Both the position numbers and the translations under genes were made by a program. Under the pieces are notes generated by a model. The model saw only the letters and a list, made by a program, of their open reading frames with translations. It searched no databases and was not told where the DNA came from. A stretch of DNA of 64,000 bases, taken from the NCBI RefSeq assembly GCF_009914755.1, contig NC_060926.1, one strand, 5' to 3'. Source of the DNA: the human T2T-CHM13v2.0 reference genome, Homo sapiens. Numbering within the stretch: position 1 is the stretch's first letter; every line of letters starts with the position of its first letter. This document shows positions 34,903 through 52,792 of the stretch, in pieces.

Positions 34903-36804
34903 TGAGACACATTCTTAAAAATATTTGACAACTGTTGCTTTTTATCTAGAAAATTTAATGAATTTACTGATTAGTAATATATTTTTATTCATTTTTATGG
35001 CTTATTATGTCATTACTTGTTTCGTCTTTTTCCTATTTGTCCTTTTCAGGTTTTATTTTCTTATTTTATTTTCCTCTTTTGGAAATTTGCTCTTTGAGTT
35101 TACTCTTCTAGCAGCTACTTTTGTTGTTGCTGTTGTTAAAGTAACATTTATTGAGAACTTACTGTCAGGGACTTAATGGGTGCTTTTAACTCTCAAAATA
35201 GTTTTATGAATTAGATGTTAACATATAGGCACAGAAATTAACACTCAGTGTAAAAATTAAGGCTCATATAACCAGGTCTGTCACTCTTTTTGTGGTACAA
35301 ACAGCCCCTCAACAGGTAAAATTACTCAAGAGAAAGAACCGCTGGCAACTAGGAGGGACAGCCACGGCAGTGAGGCATTCTATTTCTTAGAAAGAAACAG
35401 GCACCCGCAGCCCAGCGTGGGGGATGTGGAGTACCACCCTCAGGGCTCGCGGGTTGGGTCATGAAGGTGAGTCAGGGGTGGGGACACGGTGTCCAACTGA
35501 GGGACAGATTCCAAAGTGGGCAGCAGGCGACTCACTGCAATGGTTTCATGTGTGCTCCTGTGCCAGGGCTGAGACTTGTTTTCCTCGGATAACCATGAAC
35601 CAGGCACTGCGATACTCTGCAAAACTTTTTCTTGAGCTCAGATTACTGTGTTTTCAATCAGCCTCAAGCTAATTCCTTGCACAGCACAATCTTCAGCTCA
35701 GGGTATACGCTGACAGGCCCTGACATTGGGAACATAACAGCCTAATGGAAAAAGCTCAGGATTGGTGACTTTGAGGCCATTCCTGTCATTTTCACTTCCA
35801 ATTACTCTCTCTTTCTGAGCACATCATCCTGAACTCCAAGCCACACCATCTGAGGGGATCTAAGCAGAAAAATATCCCCCAGTGGCAGACTCTTGGTACA
35901 AAGCCTGCTAAAGCCTCAGACAAGTCAACAACTTTCTCTATTTTAACATGAACACTTACCACAATCTTAATCAACATCTGTAACCTCACCTAGTAACTTC
36001 AGTCCTTTAATCATGCCTCAACCAATTTCATGCCATAGTTTAGTACTTCAGCTGCACCTTATTATAAGCTCACCAAAATTAGTAATTATTATTTATACCT
36101 GGTGCTTAAAGTCATCCACATTTATCAATTCCACTTTGCACTATTTCTTCCTTCTTGCCTCAAATTATTTTTTGCTCAAAGTATATCCTTTATTAATTCT
36201 TTCAGCAATGTTTTGTTGGTGACAAACTCCTTGAGACTTTTTTGAAAAATACCTTTATTTCTTCTTTGCTCTTGAATAGATTAGCTGGGTAGAGAAATCT
36301 GGATTGATCTTTTTGTTCCACCCTTTATATCCTTTACTCACCTTTCACACTTTCCATCTCCTTTTATCTGTGTTCAGCACTCTGTATTCTGATTAATCTC
36401 ATCACATCTAATTCCCATACCCTAATTTTCACTTGAACAGTCTCTAACTTTCTATTTAACCCCTCCATTGAGCTTAACTTTAATATTTTTGATTTCTGAA
36501 AGTTAAATTTGGCCTTTTTTCATTCAACTTGTCCCTTTTAACAATGCCACTATTCCCAATTTCATTTCTTTAACTTTTTGAATGTGCCATTTCTAAAGTT
36601 CTTGGCATGCTAAACCTATCTGTTGTGTTTGTTTGCTGATTTTCCCTCACAGTAGATTGTTTTGTGATTGGGTTTGCAATTTTTGGTAATAAGCTCACCC
36701 TTAGCAGGGGTTGTTTTCTGCATAGGAGTCCCATTTGAACTGAGCTGTGGAAGTGTATGGCTACAGAGGGATTTTTTTTGTCTTCTTCTGGCAGGTACTT
36801 CAGA

Positions 36805-37221
<417 letters not shown>

Positions 37222-37240
37222 TAGAAACTTAATTTTTAAC

Positions 37241-37680
37241 TTGCGAACCCTGAAAGAGTCAATCCTTCCAGATGAATCCTGAGTGGCAAATGGCCTAAAT
37301 TCAAATACAGCCAAGCAGCCATTTGCTGGCTAGAGGTCACACACATACTCTGCCTTCCCAGCAAACCCTATGTTTATTTAACATTGGGACTTTCATAACT
37401 GTCTGTTCCTACCTCAGGCAATAGACTGTGACTTGCATCAACCAATCAGAACTCAGCAAACATCAACCAATCAGAACTAGGCAAGTCTGCAACCGTCCTT
37501 TGCATAAGTGGACCAGGGTGGGAACCTGGACAGGACCTTTCCCTATAATAGACAACCCTCTCTTGGTTCTCTCACAAGGTTTTGTGCCAAAGGCTTCATT
37601 TTGTGCCAAAGGCTGCATCTCCCCAGTGTGCAAACTGTTCACTAGAATAAAATCTTTTTCCTCTAAACTTTTCAGAAAAC
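37241..37680 (+). mobile_element. Solo ERV1 LTR (LTR15-like)
   Basis: gccatttgctggctagaggtcacacac; two accaatcagaact boxes; tttgcata; TATA-like ctataata ~37543; AATAAA ~37646. Confidence 0.75.
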
Positions 37681-38140
37681 TGGTAGATTTTGTAAGTTTT
37701 CTTTTTTCCCAGAGCCTGGCTGCTGGATATTTTTTGTACCTTCTCTGGGCCACTGGAGTTTTTCTAGCCCCTCTTTGTTTTAAGGAGGCAGCTCTTCTAA
37801 AGTCCTGGCCTTTACAGAAATATTAGTTCCACTTACCTTGTTTCGTGAACCCAAGACAGATTTCCTACTTCATGGGGGCACTAAACCCTAACCTCTGGGG
37901 CTAAATCCAGTATCCAATCTGATAGACCCCTGGAACACCACAGTGTTAGGTTTAATTCTGATAGCCAGGGCTTTCTCTGACTTTTAATCAAGCTAAATTC
38001 TACATTTCAATTGTTGTTGTTATGTTTAATCCAGCGTGCATGTCTCTGTCATTGGAGAAAGGAGATTACAATTAGCTTAGTTTGCCATGTTGCTGGAGTC
38101 AGCAATTAGGTTGGTGCAACAAGATAGGATAGATCTTCTA

Positions 38141-38464
<324 letters not shown>

Positions 38465-38611
38465 TAAATGCAAGTTGAATTATTCTTGCATTTCCAGGAT
38501 AAGTGCTACTTGATAATGCTCAAATAAATTTACTAATTTTTTAATGTAGAAATTTTATACCTGTATACTTCTTTTTTTTTTTAATCTACCACTAAGAGTC
38601 ATGCACCTGTA

Positions 38612-38886
<275 letters not shown>

Positions 38887-38889
38887 TAT

Positions 38890-39765
38890 GCACCTGTATC
38901 CTTATGGGAAGACAGCTTATAATTTTCTCTTTTGGTGTTGTCCTTGCCTGTTTGGGGATGAAGGTTATGCTGGCCTAGTAAAATTGGTTGGATACATTCC
39001 AATTTTGTACTCTGGAATGGTATATATCAAATGAAAATTATCTGTTTCTTGAAGTTTTGAAAGAACTCACCTGTGAAATAGTCGAGGCTTGATGCTTTCT
39101 TTGGAATGTAGATCTTTGATTCTCATTCTAATATTTTTAACTTGCTTATTGACTATTAAAGATTTTCTACTTCTTTTACCAAATTTGGTAATACCTATTT
39201 TCTTAGAAAATTGTATATTGCATTTAGGTCTTCCGATTTATCAGCATAAAGTTGTTCATAGTATTTTCTTATAATTACAGAAAGCAAAACTGTCTGTACC
39301 CCATATCAGTTTTCATTTCTGAAATTATGTTTGTACTTTAAAGAAATTAGTCAATAAATTAGACCTATTTTACTAATTTTTTCAAATAGCCATCTTTTTG
39401 TTATCGTGATCAAGTTTCTTATTTCAATAATTTTTAGGTTCATTTTTATTACTCTTCTACTTCAGATTTATCAGTACTTCTTTCAGTTTCAGAGTACTGA
39501 AATCTAGGTTCCTCTATTTTCAATCTTTTCTTTCCTAGAAAGTACATGTAAGGTTATGATTTTTCATCAAGTATCATTTGAGATGTAAAGCATAGGTTTA
39601 GGTACATTGTGCTTTTCCAGTCATTTAATTTTGTTAATTTTGATTATGAATTCTTGTCATTCCATAAAGTTAGAAGTTTATATTCTTTTAAAATTCAAGA
39701 TGTGTGTTAAGGTTTTTTTTTTTTCCTTTCTGTTGTTAATTTCCAATTTTACTGCATTGTGGTCA
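38890..39765 (-). mobile_element. Old L1M fragment
   Basis: aaggttatgctggcct; ttactgcattgtggtcag. Confidence 0.65.
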
Positions 39766-40170
39766 GGGAGGCTTCTTCCTAAGAACAGAAGGAGGTGAGG
39801 GAGGGAAGCACATGGACATCTGGGGAATGGGCTCTCCAAGCAAAAGGAAGAGCAAGTGCGAGGCCCTAAAATGCAAGTTTGCCTGGTGTGTTGAAAGAAT
39901 GGCAAGATGTGAGCGCAGTCAGCCTGGAGTGGAGTAAGGGGGAGTAGGGCAGAAGATGAGCTGAGAGGTAAGGGGGTCAGGTGGGCTAGTGCCTTCTATG
40001 CCACTGTAAGGACTGTGGCTTTTACCCTGAATGAGGTGACAAGCTCTTGGAGTGCATCCAGCAGATAAGGATCTGATGCTTTTAGCAGAACCATTCTGGC
40101 TGCTATATTTAGAACAGACTGAAGGGAAAAGGGCAGAACCGGGGACATCACTCAGAAAGCCTCTGTAATA
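39765..40170 (-). mobile_element. L2 fragment
   Basis: cagggaggcttc; gccactgtaaggactgtggcttttaccctgaatgag. Confidence 0.75.
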
Positions 40171-41011
40171 ATTACTTATGTATATGTTTACATACACATA
40201 AATACATACACCCACAAACATGCAATGTTACTAAGAGCAGGATAAACAGGCTTGTGCTGACACCAATTCTTGACAAATTTCACTTTCTAGCATTTGAAGT
40301 CTCCCTCGGTCCATCCCAATGTTGCCTGCTTTGAGTTGTTTTGTCTCATGTTAATATTTTGTAAAATTATAATATATGTAATAATATTTATTGTTAACTG
40401 TATCCTCTAACATAGCACCTAAGTGGTTTTTGTTGTTTTCTTAAATCTGAGTTTTTATCTTGTAAGTAGATGAGTTTAGTTTTTCCATTTATTTTGATTA
40501 CTGATATATATATCAGTAATATATATTTGATTATGAATATACATATATCAATATATACATTTAAATTTAATCATAGGACTTATTTTGTATCTTCTATTTT
40601 TCATGACTTTCTTTTCTCCTACTTTCCTGTCTTCTCTTGGATTGGTCAAGGTTGTTTTTGCTACTGTTATCTTATAATAGGTTTAAAGTTTATATTTTAT
40701 ATCTAACTTGTCTAGTAGTCACCCTTAAATTTTTAATGCATACTTAAAATAATATTTTCTTACAAGTTGGAGTTACATTTTATATAGTCCTCTTGAATTC
40801 TTTGGCATGTTTTTATTTCCCTTTTTGCTCCACCTACCCATAAAATTCCTTGTTGCTAACTTTGTTGACCTAAATTGCAACTTATTAAAAATCATCTTAT
40901 ATTTTACAACCAACATTTGCTTAGATGGACCATTGTTGTTTTCCTGATTTATTTGCTTCCTTCTTTTTTCTTGGATCCCATTATTACCTTCTGGGTTCAT
41001 TTTCTTTCTTA

Positions 41012-41260
41012 CTGCAGTGGAGTAATCATGGCTCACTGCAGCCTTGACCTCCTGAGCTCAAGCAATCCTCCCACCTCAGCCTGCCAAGTAGCTGGGACTA
41101 CAGGCATGCACAACCACACCCGGCTAATTTTTGTATTTTTTGTAGAGATGGGGTTTCACCACATTGCCCAGGCTGGTTGCGAACTCCTGAGCTCAAGTGA
41201 TCCTCCTGCCTCACCCTCCCAAAGTGCTGGGATTACAGGTGTGAGCCACTGTGCCCAGCC
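41012..41260 (-). mobile_element. AluJ (3' end missing)
   Basis: J-type arms. Confidence 0.9.
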
Positions 41261-41363
41261 AGTATATCTTTAAACAGTTTTTCCAGCAAAGTCCTTAAAG
41301 TCTGAGAATGCTACTGTGGTACACTTGCTGCTGAAAGCTAGTATGGATGGGATAGAATTTTAG

Positions 41364-41864
<501 letters not shown>

Positions 41865-41937
41865 CTATTTAATATTTGAGGGCTTATACCTTTTCAGTAC
41901 TGGAAATTCTAGAATATTTTCAGATGTTCTGAAATAA

Positions 41938-42294
<357 letters not shown>

Positions 42295-44138
42295 TGACAG
42301 CTCCTATTAGATAAATAATGGAACTTCCACACTGTCCCAAATGCCTCAACTTTTCCTTCATACTCTATTTCTTATCTCTTGATGCTGAGTTTTGGAAGAA
42401 CTTCTTCTCACCCTGATCTTTTAGTTAACTCATTTGTTCTTTAGCTACATCCAATTTGCTATGTAGCCCATCCAATGAGTTTACTTTAACAACTATATTT
42501 TTCATTTTCACGACTGCCTGTTTATTATGATTTCTGCTTGTTTTAATGCGCATGAAAGTCTATCCTTGGTCTTCTAAGGAAATTATATTTACCTATATTT
42601 AAAGTTTCCTGATTGCTCTGCTTCCTAGGGTATAAATCTGCTTTTGATATTTCATATGTTCATATTTTATATTGTTGTGCTAGGCTTCCCCTGGATTTTC
42701 ATGGTTGTTGGCCATGCAAACATCCTCCAGGACTGACCACTTGCAATGTGAGTCAACAGTGGCCTCCCGGCTGGGGATCCTTGGCTGAATCTGTTCTGAA
42801 GGAGTTGGCTGAGCAGCTTCAGGGTCCCAGCAGTACTGAGAACTTCCTCCAGGCAGTGTTAGCGGTTCCCTTCTGCAACTTCTCATTTTAACACATACCA
42901 CCTTCACTTAAAGATATCTTACAGCTTTGGGTATGGAACATTTCTTATTTTTAATCTGGAAAGGGAATTTATTAATCTAACTTAATGTCTTACCATTTCT
43001 ATGGATTTGGTGTAGAAACAGGACAAGGTCAGGATGTGCTTGGTCAACCATCTTGAAACTGGATCTATTGCTTAAGTATCATCTCTCTGCATTTTCTTTA
43101 GCCTCTATCTGGAACTCTTATTAGAAGGAACTCCTCAATCCATCCTCTACACTTTGTTTTCTTTTACTTTATAATAATAGTAATGTACTAAGGAATACTT
43201 CTCTGTTCTAGCTTCCAGCTCACAAATTTGTTCTTCAGCTATAAACCCTGTTAATCAGCTCATCTATTTAATTTCTTATTTTAACAATCAAACATTTAAT
43301 TTCCAGGATCACTACTTAATTATTTTTGGTAGAAAACATAACTGCTCATATCTCTCTGAGGAATTAACTATAGTTGCTGCAAAATCTAGTTCTGCTTATT
43401 CTATTAATTCTATTTCTAAGATAAATTCTTTTGTTACCTCCTCAGTTATCTTCTCCAGTTGTGTTCCTCTCATTTGGGGTGATTTTTAACTAAGTGCTCA
43501 GTTTTGTAGTCAAGACTTCCTGTTCAGACATCTACTCTGTGTGCTGCCTGCCTGGAGGGCAGGAATGGGAGTTGTTTTCAGTGAGAGTGAAAGAGGGATG
43601 GAAGGTGCCACCTCATTGAAAAGCTTTATAGCTAGTCTTCTTAGCAAGGTAGCTTCCTGTTTTCCTAGAATCCATCCAGCACCTGGAACCCTACCTTGTC
43701 TCTGCAATCCAAGCTCCTATATACTCTACACCTGCCTGAGACACCTCCATCACCATGCTACACTTCCAGCATTGCCCTGTCACTGGCCCTGGGCCCCTCA
43801 CAGCTCCCCGCAGCAACTACTTCCAAGCAAGAACACTGACGACACTATCCCCATCATTAGCAGCAATGCTCGCCTGCCCTGGTTCTGGACTCAGGTTTCC
43901 TTTTGCAAACAGATCTCATCTACTTTTCACAGAGATTCTTCAGAGCCTGAGGCCTACTAAGGGTTTCCTTTCCTTCCGCCTGCCCTGCCCATTGTACTTA
44001 CAGATTACTTTAAAAATTCTAATCTATCTAAGCCTCAGAAGTAAGGTGCCCTCCGTCTACCACTTTGAAATTCCCATTTCTTTTTATACAATTAAAGTTC
44101 ATAAAAATTTATTTTGAAAATTATATAATTTCTCTTTT

Positions 44139-44420
<282 letters not shown>

Positions 44421-44425
44421 GTTGA

Positions 44426-44563
44426 TATTTTTTTAAGAGATGGGATCTCACTATGTTGCCCAGGCTGGTCTCAAACTTCTGGGCTCTAGCAATCCTCCCA
44501 CCTTAGCCTCCCGAGTAGCTGGGAGTATGCCTATAGTCATAGGCATGTGACACATCACTCAAC
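44426..44563 (-). mobile_element. Old Alu monomer (FLAM-like)
   Basis: gagatgggatctcactatgttgcccaggctgg single arm. Confidence 0.8.
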
Positions 44564-44755
44564 CAATATGTTATTTTATAAAAGGCTTCAAAATAACTGC
44601 AATAAAAAGTGAAAAATTAGAATTGCTAAGCTCCAGTTTAACTGGTAAGCTATAATTTTGATTAACATATGAGAGAAATATAATCCATGTAATTTTTGTT
44701 AATCTTCCAAGACTTAGGAGTTTTAGCTCACAGTAATAAAAATACGGCTAGGTAG

Positions 44756-45089
<334 letters not shown>

Positions 45090-45749
45090 TCACATATCTG
45101 AAACATGCTTATAGATTACAAAAACCCCTTAACCCACGAAAAAGAAGCCACTGTTATTCCAACTGGTTCAACAACAGCCAAGGAGGGAGCTACATAAGGA
45201 CAGCTGCATCTTGTGCTCAGCGGCAAATAGCTTTGGCTTCCCTTTCGAGAAAAAAAATACAAAGATTTGCTAGAATTCAACATCAGTAGACTGACACATT
45301 ACTAGATCTGTCATGATAGCCAATATAAATTTATGGTTCCATACACACCAACCCTGGGGCTAAGAAGGGTATCCTTGAAATACGAATAACTGCTACATGA
45401 AATGCTAATACTTTTAAAACTGAAAAAGCTGTGAATGTGTATAGGGAAAAACAAAGCTTTTGACCAAAGTTCAAGGCCAAGCTTTGCTCCTAATTGGGCT
45501 GTCATCAATTTAGCCTGGGTGGGAAGCATTCAAATGGAGACAGGGGGATGAGGTGAGTACACACAACAGGGAAAAATGTTGCACTGAGTATTGGCTTTTC
45601 TATTAAACATTAGTTTAATATCATGGACAGAATTTATTTTCTCTATATAGTTTTAACCAGCAGTTCATAGTCTCATTTTTTTTTTCAAAAAATTTATTGA
45701 GAATTTTACTGCTTTACAAGAGAATTAAAGGTAATATATTACCCATAAG

Positions 45750-46701
<952 letters not shown>

Positions 46702-46859
46702 TTACTTGCTAGTTCAAAAAAGGATAACTCAGACATTCCAGAGGAAGACAAATTAAATGAATACTGAATATTACACATCATTGAAAAAAATCAAGTAATT
46801 TAAATAGCATAACTTGATAAACAGGGCTTTTTTCCTTTGCATACTATTCTAGACAATTT

Positions 46860-47760
46860 CCTATGCATAAATAAGAAAAATAATAAACACACACAAAATC
46901 AAATCTATTCTTACAAAACTGAGATCATTATATATACTGCTATGTAACTTGCTTTTCTCATTCAATATGAACCTCTTTCCACATCGATTCCACTTATTAT
47001 GACTACCTATTTAATATGAAATAGATCTTTCCTGGCTGGGTACAGTGGCTCACTCCTGTAATCCCAGTCCTTTGGGAGGCTGAGGCAGGTGGATCACCTG
47101 AGATCAGGAATTCAAGACCAGCCTGGCCAACATGGTGAAACCCCATCTCTACTAAAAATACAAAAAAGAATTAGCAGGGCATGGTGGCGTGTGCCTGTAA
47201 TCCCAGCTACTTGGGAGGCTAAGGCAGGAGAATCACTTGAACCCAGGAGGCGGAGGTTCCAGTGAGCTCAGATTGTGCCATTGCGCTCCAGCTTGAGCAA
47301 CAGAGTGAGATTAAGTCTCAAAAAATATAAAAATAAATAAAATAAAATAGATCTTTCCAGATCTATTTCACTTATTATGACTACCACACAGAATCCCATA
47401 GTAAGTACATACCATAATAAACTTAATCATTTCACTACTAATGGATGTTTTGGTGTTTTGGCCATCTCTCTTTTTTTTTTTTTTTTTTTTTGCCATCACA
47501 AATAACGCTGCCATGATACTCTATGATACTCTCCTACAAAAATCCTAGTATACTTGGTACAAGTGTTTTTTCTGGGAGAATTCCTATATGAGGAACTGTT
47601 AGGTCAAAGGTTACATGCATTTAAATTCTGTCACCTGCATTTATCTATTCATACTCCTACCAAGAATCTTCAAGAGTTCTCCTCTGTACACCCTTGCCAA
47701 AACTGAATATTATCAATCTCCTACATTTTTTGCAAGTTGGCTGGGCATAAAATGAACATT
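46860..47760 (-). mobile_element. L1ME-like 3' fragment
   Basis: taacttgcttttctcattcaata; ggtcaaaggttacatgc. Confidence 0.6.
47034..47347 (+). mobile_element. AluS
   Basis: TSD aaatagatctttcc. Confidence 0.95.
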
Positions 47761-48837
47761 TCCAAAATCGAAAGTAATTTAAAACTGGAACAAGTGGAAA
47801 ATGCCAACTTTCATAAAGTTCTTCAATAAACGTTGATTATGTGTAGCAGGTAATTGGGATGCAAAGGCTGAAAATAAACTGAGGACTTACAATCTAATGA
47901 AATATATAGACAAATAAGCAGATTCTATGAAGATGATTATAACAGTGTGAAAAGTGCTTTAAAAGAGGTATTCAGTGTGATATAGCGGGCCATGAAGAGA
48001 CACATCAAACCACTCGGAGAATCAGAAAAAGTAGTGATACCTGAGCTAATTAAAGGATATACAGAGGTTGGTAAGGGAAAGCTGGGAGGATGGGGAGAAG
48101 AGGAGATAAAGGAAACTAGAATCGCAGATTCAAAAACATAAAACTAAGAAAATATAGTGTATTAGGCAACTGCAAATAGTTTAACACTGTCATAGTGCTG
48201 CCTGTGAGTGGAAGACATAAATAAGAGTCTCAGACCAAAGACATAACTGTAAAAGCTTTCAAAACATTACTCTGTAAGAAAAAACTTTCATGTGTTATAA
48301 GTCATCTTTGTATTAGAAGTTGCTTCTCGAATACAGACAGCAGACAGTTCTCTGGCACTCAAATGCAGTAATGGGTTCCATGGCAGAACTGAAGTAGGAA
48401 GGAGTGTGACCAATATTTCAGGTTTAGGTAAACAAAAGTTCTAGTCAGCTAAAACCAAAAAAAGCAGAGCACACAAATACTATGGAAGTAGATCCACAGG
48501 CAGCCAGGATCCCAAGAAAGGCAGACTGGAGTTAGAGGGAGTATGAGAGTTGGAAGACTAAGAGGTCTTCCCATGTGCTTCTGTGTATGGTGGCACTCTC
48601 CAGGGCCTGGAACTGAGATGTCACTGAATGAATACCAGGACAGAAAGCTCGCTGCCCTGTTTAGACAGCCCATTGTATCGCTACACCGGACACATCACAG
48701 TTCCAAAGCTGTCACAAGTGCTACCACAGGTCAAAATAGGAGGAGAGCCAGCAGTCCACTGACATCACACATGGTACAGACACACTAAAAGCAGCAACAA
48801 AAGACTATCACAACTATTATTTAGCACTGCTCTAAAA

Positions 48838-49020
48838 CAGTGTTTTCCAAAGTTTTCTCAAGATAAAAAATGTCCAGGGCCTTTGTTTAAAAAATAAAAC
48901 AAAGCAGATTCCTCAGCCTCAACCCAGACCTACTAATATTCCCAAGGGTGAAGGCCTGGGACTTTGTATATTTAACAAACAGCCCAGGTGATTCTTTCCA
49001 GGGAATTCTGGGAAGCACTG
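48838..49020. mobile_element. MER5-like hAT relic
   Basis: cagtgttttccaaa...gggaagcactg; ccagacctact; tttaacaaacagcccaggtgattct. Confidence 0.75.
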
Positions 49021-49542
49021 CTTCCCCACAAATTAGAAGTTCTTACTAACACAAAGAGGTAAAAAATTGAGACAGGGGTAAAACTATCAGAAAGTGATTC
49101 AGTTGCTGCTTCCTACAGATGATGTAATTATCTACTTGGAAGTCCAAGAAAAGGAACTGAAAAATTATTAGAACCACATATTGACAGAAGAACCAGTGAG
49201 ACTTCAAGACAGAAATGTCCATGAGATCTCTGAATGTAGGAGTCTTAACCTAAACAAGAAGAACGAGCTGGAACTAAGAACTGCAGAAATTTATTAGCGT
49301 CTGGGGTGGAGTGAGGGGCATGTAAAAGCCGGAACTGTGAGAAAACATTCAGAAAGAAGGTGTGCAAGAGAATGCCGGGGAGCACAGGATCTGGCTCATC
49401 AAAGGCGATCCAAAGGCTTAATGAGTAATTAACATGCACATTTCATAGCTAGACATTTCGTAGTCACTAAATGAAGATATACAACATATAACACACATGG
49501 ATTAAATTTATTTAGAGAAAGAGTTCAACCCTAAATCTGTAC

Positions 49543-49707
49543 CTGTAGATCTCAGAAAGCATGAGGTATTCAGGCAATAATCACTGATAAATTTGAGTTA
49601 ATGCAGAAACAGATAAGCAATTCACACTACTGGGTCACAGAGAACACAGTGATCTTCCCACACATGGAAGCAGAAGATGCACTCTCCAGTGCAGCTCTGG
49701 TGGCCAT
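49543..49707 (-). ncRNA. Best candidate internal exon (165 nt) of a minus-strand lncRNA or UTR
   Basis: Strong acceptor ctttttttttgttcttgcag|A and donor CAG|gtacag in ~1.2 kb of repeat-free DNA; only short ORFs. Confidence 0.6.
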
Positions 49708-51236
49708 CTGCAAGAACAAAAAAAAGATCTAAAGTTGACAAAAGGGCTGTGGCTAAGTGATGACTGCCACAGGAAATTGCTCATTTGAAGAACTGCTTGG
49801 TTTAAGCTAAGTCATACACTTCTTTGTAATGGAAAAACCTCCTTGTCATCGCTCTAAGAATAATCAGGCTACAGTTGAAAAAATGCCTTATTGTTTCATA
49901 AACTACACACCAATTCTTTATTTGATCGCATCCATCTTTTTAAACAGCTGGGTCCATTTTGAATGTTCTCGTTTTAAACTTAGCATTTTTGCAGCTGTAA
50001 GTGGTTTTATGAATAAATCGTGCATGCAAACAACACAGTAGAATTGGGCAACGTTCAGATGATTGAAAGGAGCAATATCTAAAACATCCCAAGCAACCTA
50101 CTGAAAATGCGGATAAAGGTTATCAGGATATCCCAGACTATTCCCCCTAACCCTTGGGGGGCTCTAGAAAGTCCAGAATTTCAAAGGGAGGCCTCTGGTC
50201 AACGAAGCAGTCACTTTAGCTCTAAGTCAGCTGTCGAATGGGAGAGTTTCAGAGCACTTCTCCCCAGGCCTCCATAACACCATCAACAAGAGTAAAAAGA
50301 TGAACCCAGAGCCCTGCATGTTCCTGGCAACCAACACCCTCTCAACTAACACATTGCCACAGTGCCATGATCTGCCTATCTGGGGTTAATTCCAGCACGA
50401 CCTTTATATCAGGTTATACTTTTTAAAAATAAGAAATCCAAGACTCTCACCTGGTTTTTATTCCTGTGAGGCTCAGTACATCCCCTCACGCGACCCCAAT
50501 CCTCAACTCTCAAAACCCTTCTCCTTGTCTTCATAGTCCAGCATCGGCAAAATCCCTCCTCTGTCCGAGGCTTACGCATCAACCTCTTCTCTGAATGTTG
50601 CTTTCACCTACGGCTCTAGGAGGAAACCTGGCATTCCCTGAAGGCTCAGCTTCCCTGCAGCCATTTCAAGTGGCAGCTGCTTTCTTTCTCACACCCCTCA
50701 AACAACTAGACCTCCAGGTGGAGGAGAAGTCCTCCTAGAACCACACTGCCACTCTCAGATCATTTTCCCTTTTCCTTAAAACTCCGATTTTGAATGTCGT
50801 ATAATCAGACCAAAACCCAAGTTGTCCCTCCTTCGCGGAGTCCAACATTACTACTGTCATAATTCTTGTTGATTTCAACATTTACAGTTGATCTTTCCAA
50901 TGCACTGATCGTAGTGGGATGAATGACGGCCCCCCAAAAGATATGTCCACATCCTAATCTCTGGAACCTGCATTACCTTATATGGCAGAAGAGTGAATAT
51001 TACCTTCTATGACAAAATTAACTTAAGAATCTAGATGGGAGAGGAAGCATTTACCCTGGATTACCTGGTTGGGCCCAAAATGCAATCAAATGTATTTTCA
51101 TATAAGACAGATACACAGAGGAGAAGAGACAGATGAGAAGAAGGCAATGTAACCCAGGAGGCAGAGACTGAAGTGACACAGCCACAAAGTCAAAGAACGC
51201 CAACTGCAGCTAGAAGCTGGAAGAGGGAAAGAACAG

Positions 51237-52070
<834 letters not shown>

Positions 52071-52792
52071 AAGAGATACTTTCCTAGAGCTTGCAGAGAG
52101 AGTGTGGCTCTGCTGACACTTCGATTTCAAACTTGTGTCCAGCACTGTGAGAGGGTTTAGGACCCCAGGTTGGTGGTAGTTTGTTATGGCCTCCACAGGA
52201 AGCTAATATATCTGTTAATACATATGTCCTCTCTGAATTCTTCTTCAGCAACTGTTCTCCCACCCTATGTTGGCTGCCATTTCTAGTCACCTCCTACCTA
52301 CAACATTTTATTGCCAGTTACTGTACATTACCTGAAATCTCAGTTTCAAGCACCTACTCTCACCAACTTCTGTCTTTCTAGCACATTCCTTCTAGTAGTC
52401 TGCCTAGAAAAATACTTCAACCCACTGAACCTATACTACATTGAGCCTACCATCTTTATCTTGTCTCCCTCACGGCCTAATTTCTCTCTTGAACCAAGCT
52501 CCATGTCTACATTTGATATTATATTTTCTTTGCACACACTCAACACCCCCCTCCTTGCCACTTCTCTTCCTTCGTCATACTTTTCTATCAAAACCCAACC
52601 CTATCCACTCTCTGCCTTCACCCACACAATGTGTGGTGGGAGTGAAATACACAGCTATGCTGACTGGTCTGAAGCTGAATTCACAACTACCAACCTCAAG
52701 TTAGTCATTCCAATGTCAGTTTAAATGTCACTACCTCAGAAAGGCTTTCCCTAGCCATCCAATTTAAAATACAAAATAATAGCTTTATTGAG

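Noticed and set aside
38106-38119. ttaggttggtgcaa, a MADE1 TIR start
   Set aside because: Only 14 bp with no partner TIR; too short to call.
47461-47497. Poly(T) flanked by gccatc as a solo poly(A) insertion
   Set aside because: The flank match is only 6 bp and does not abut the tract; slippage explains it equally well.
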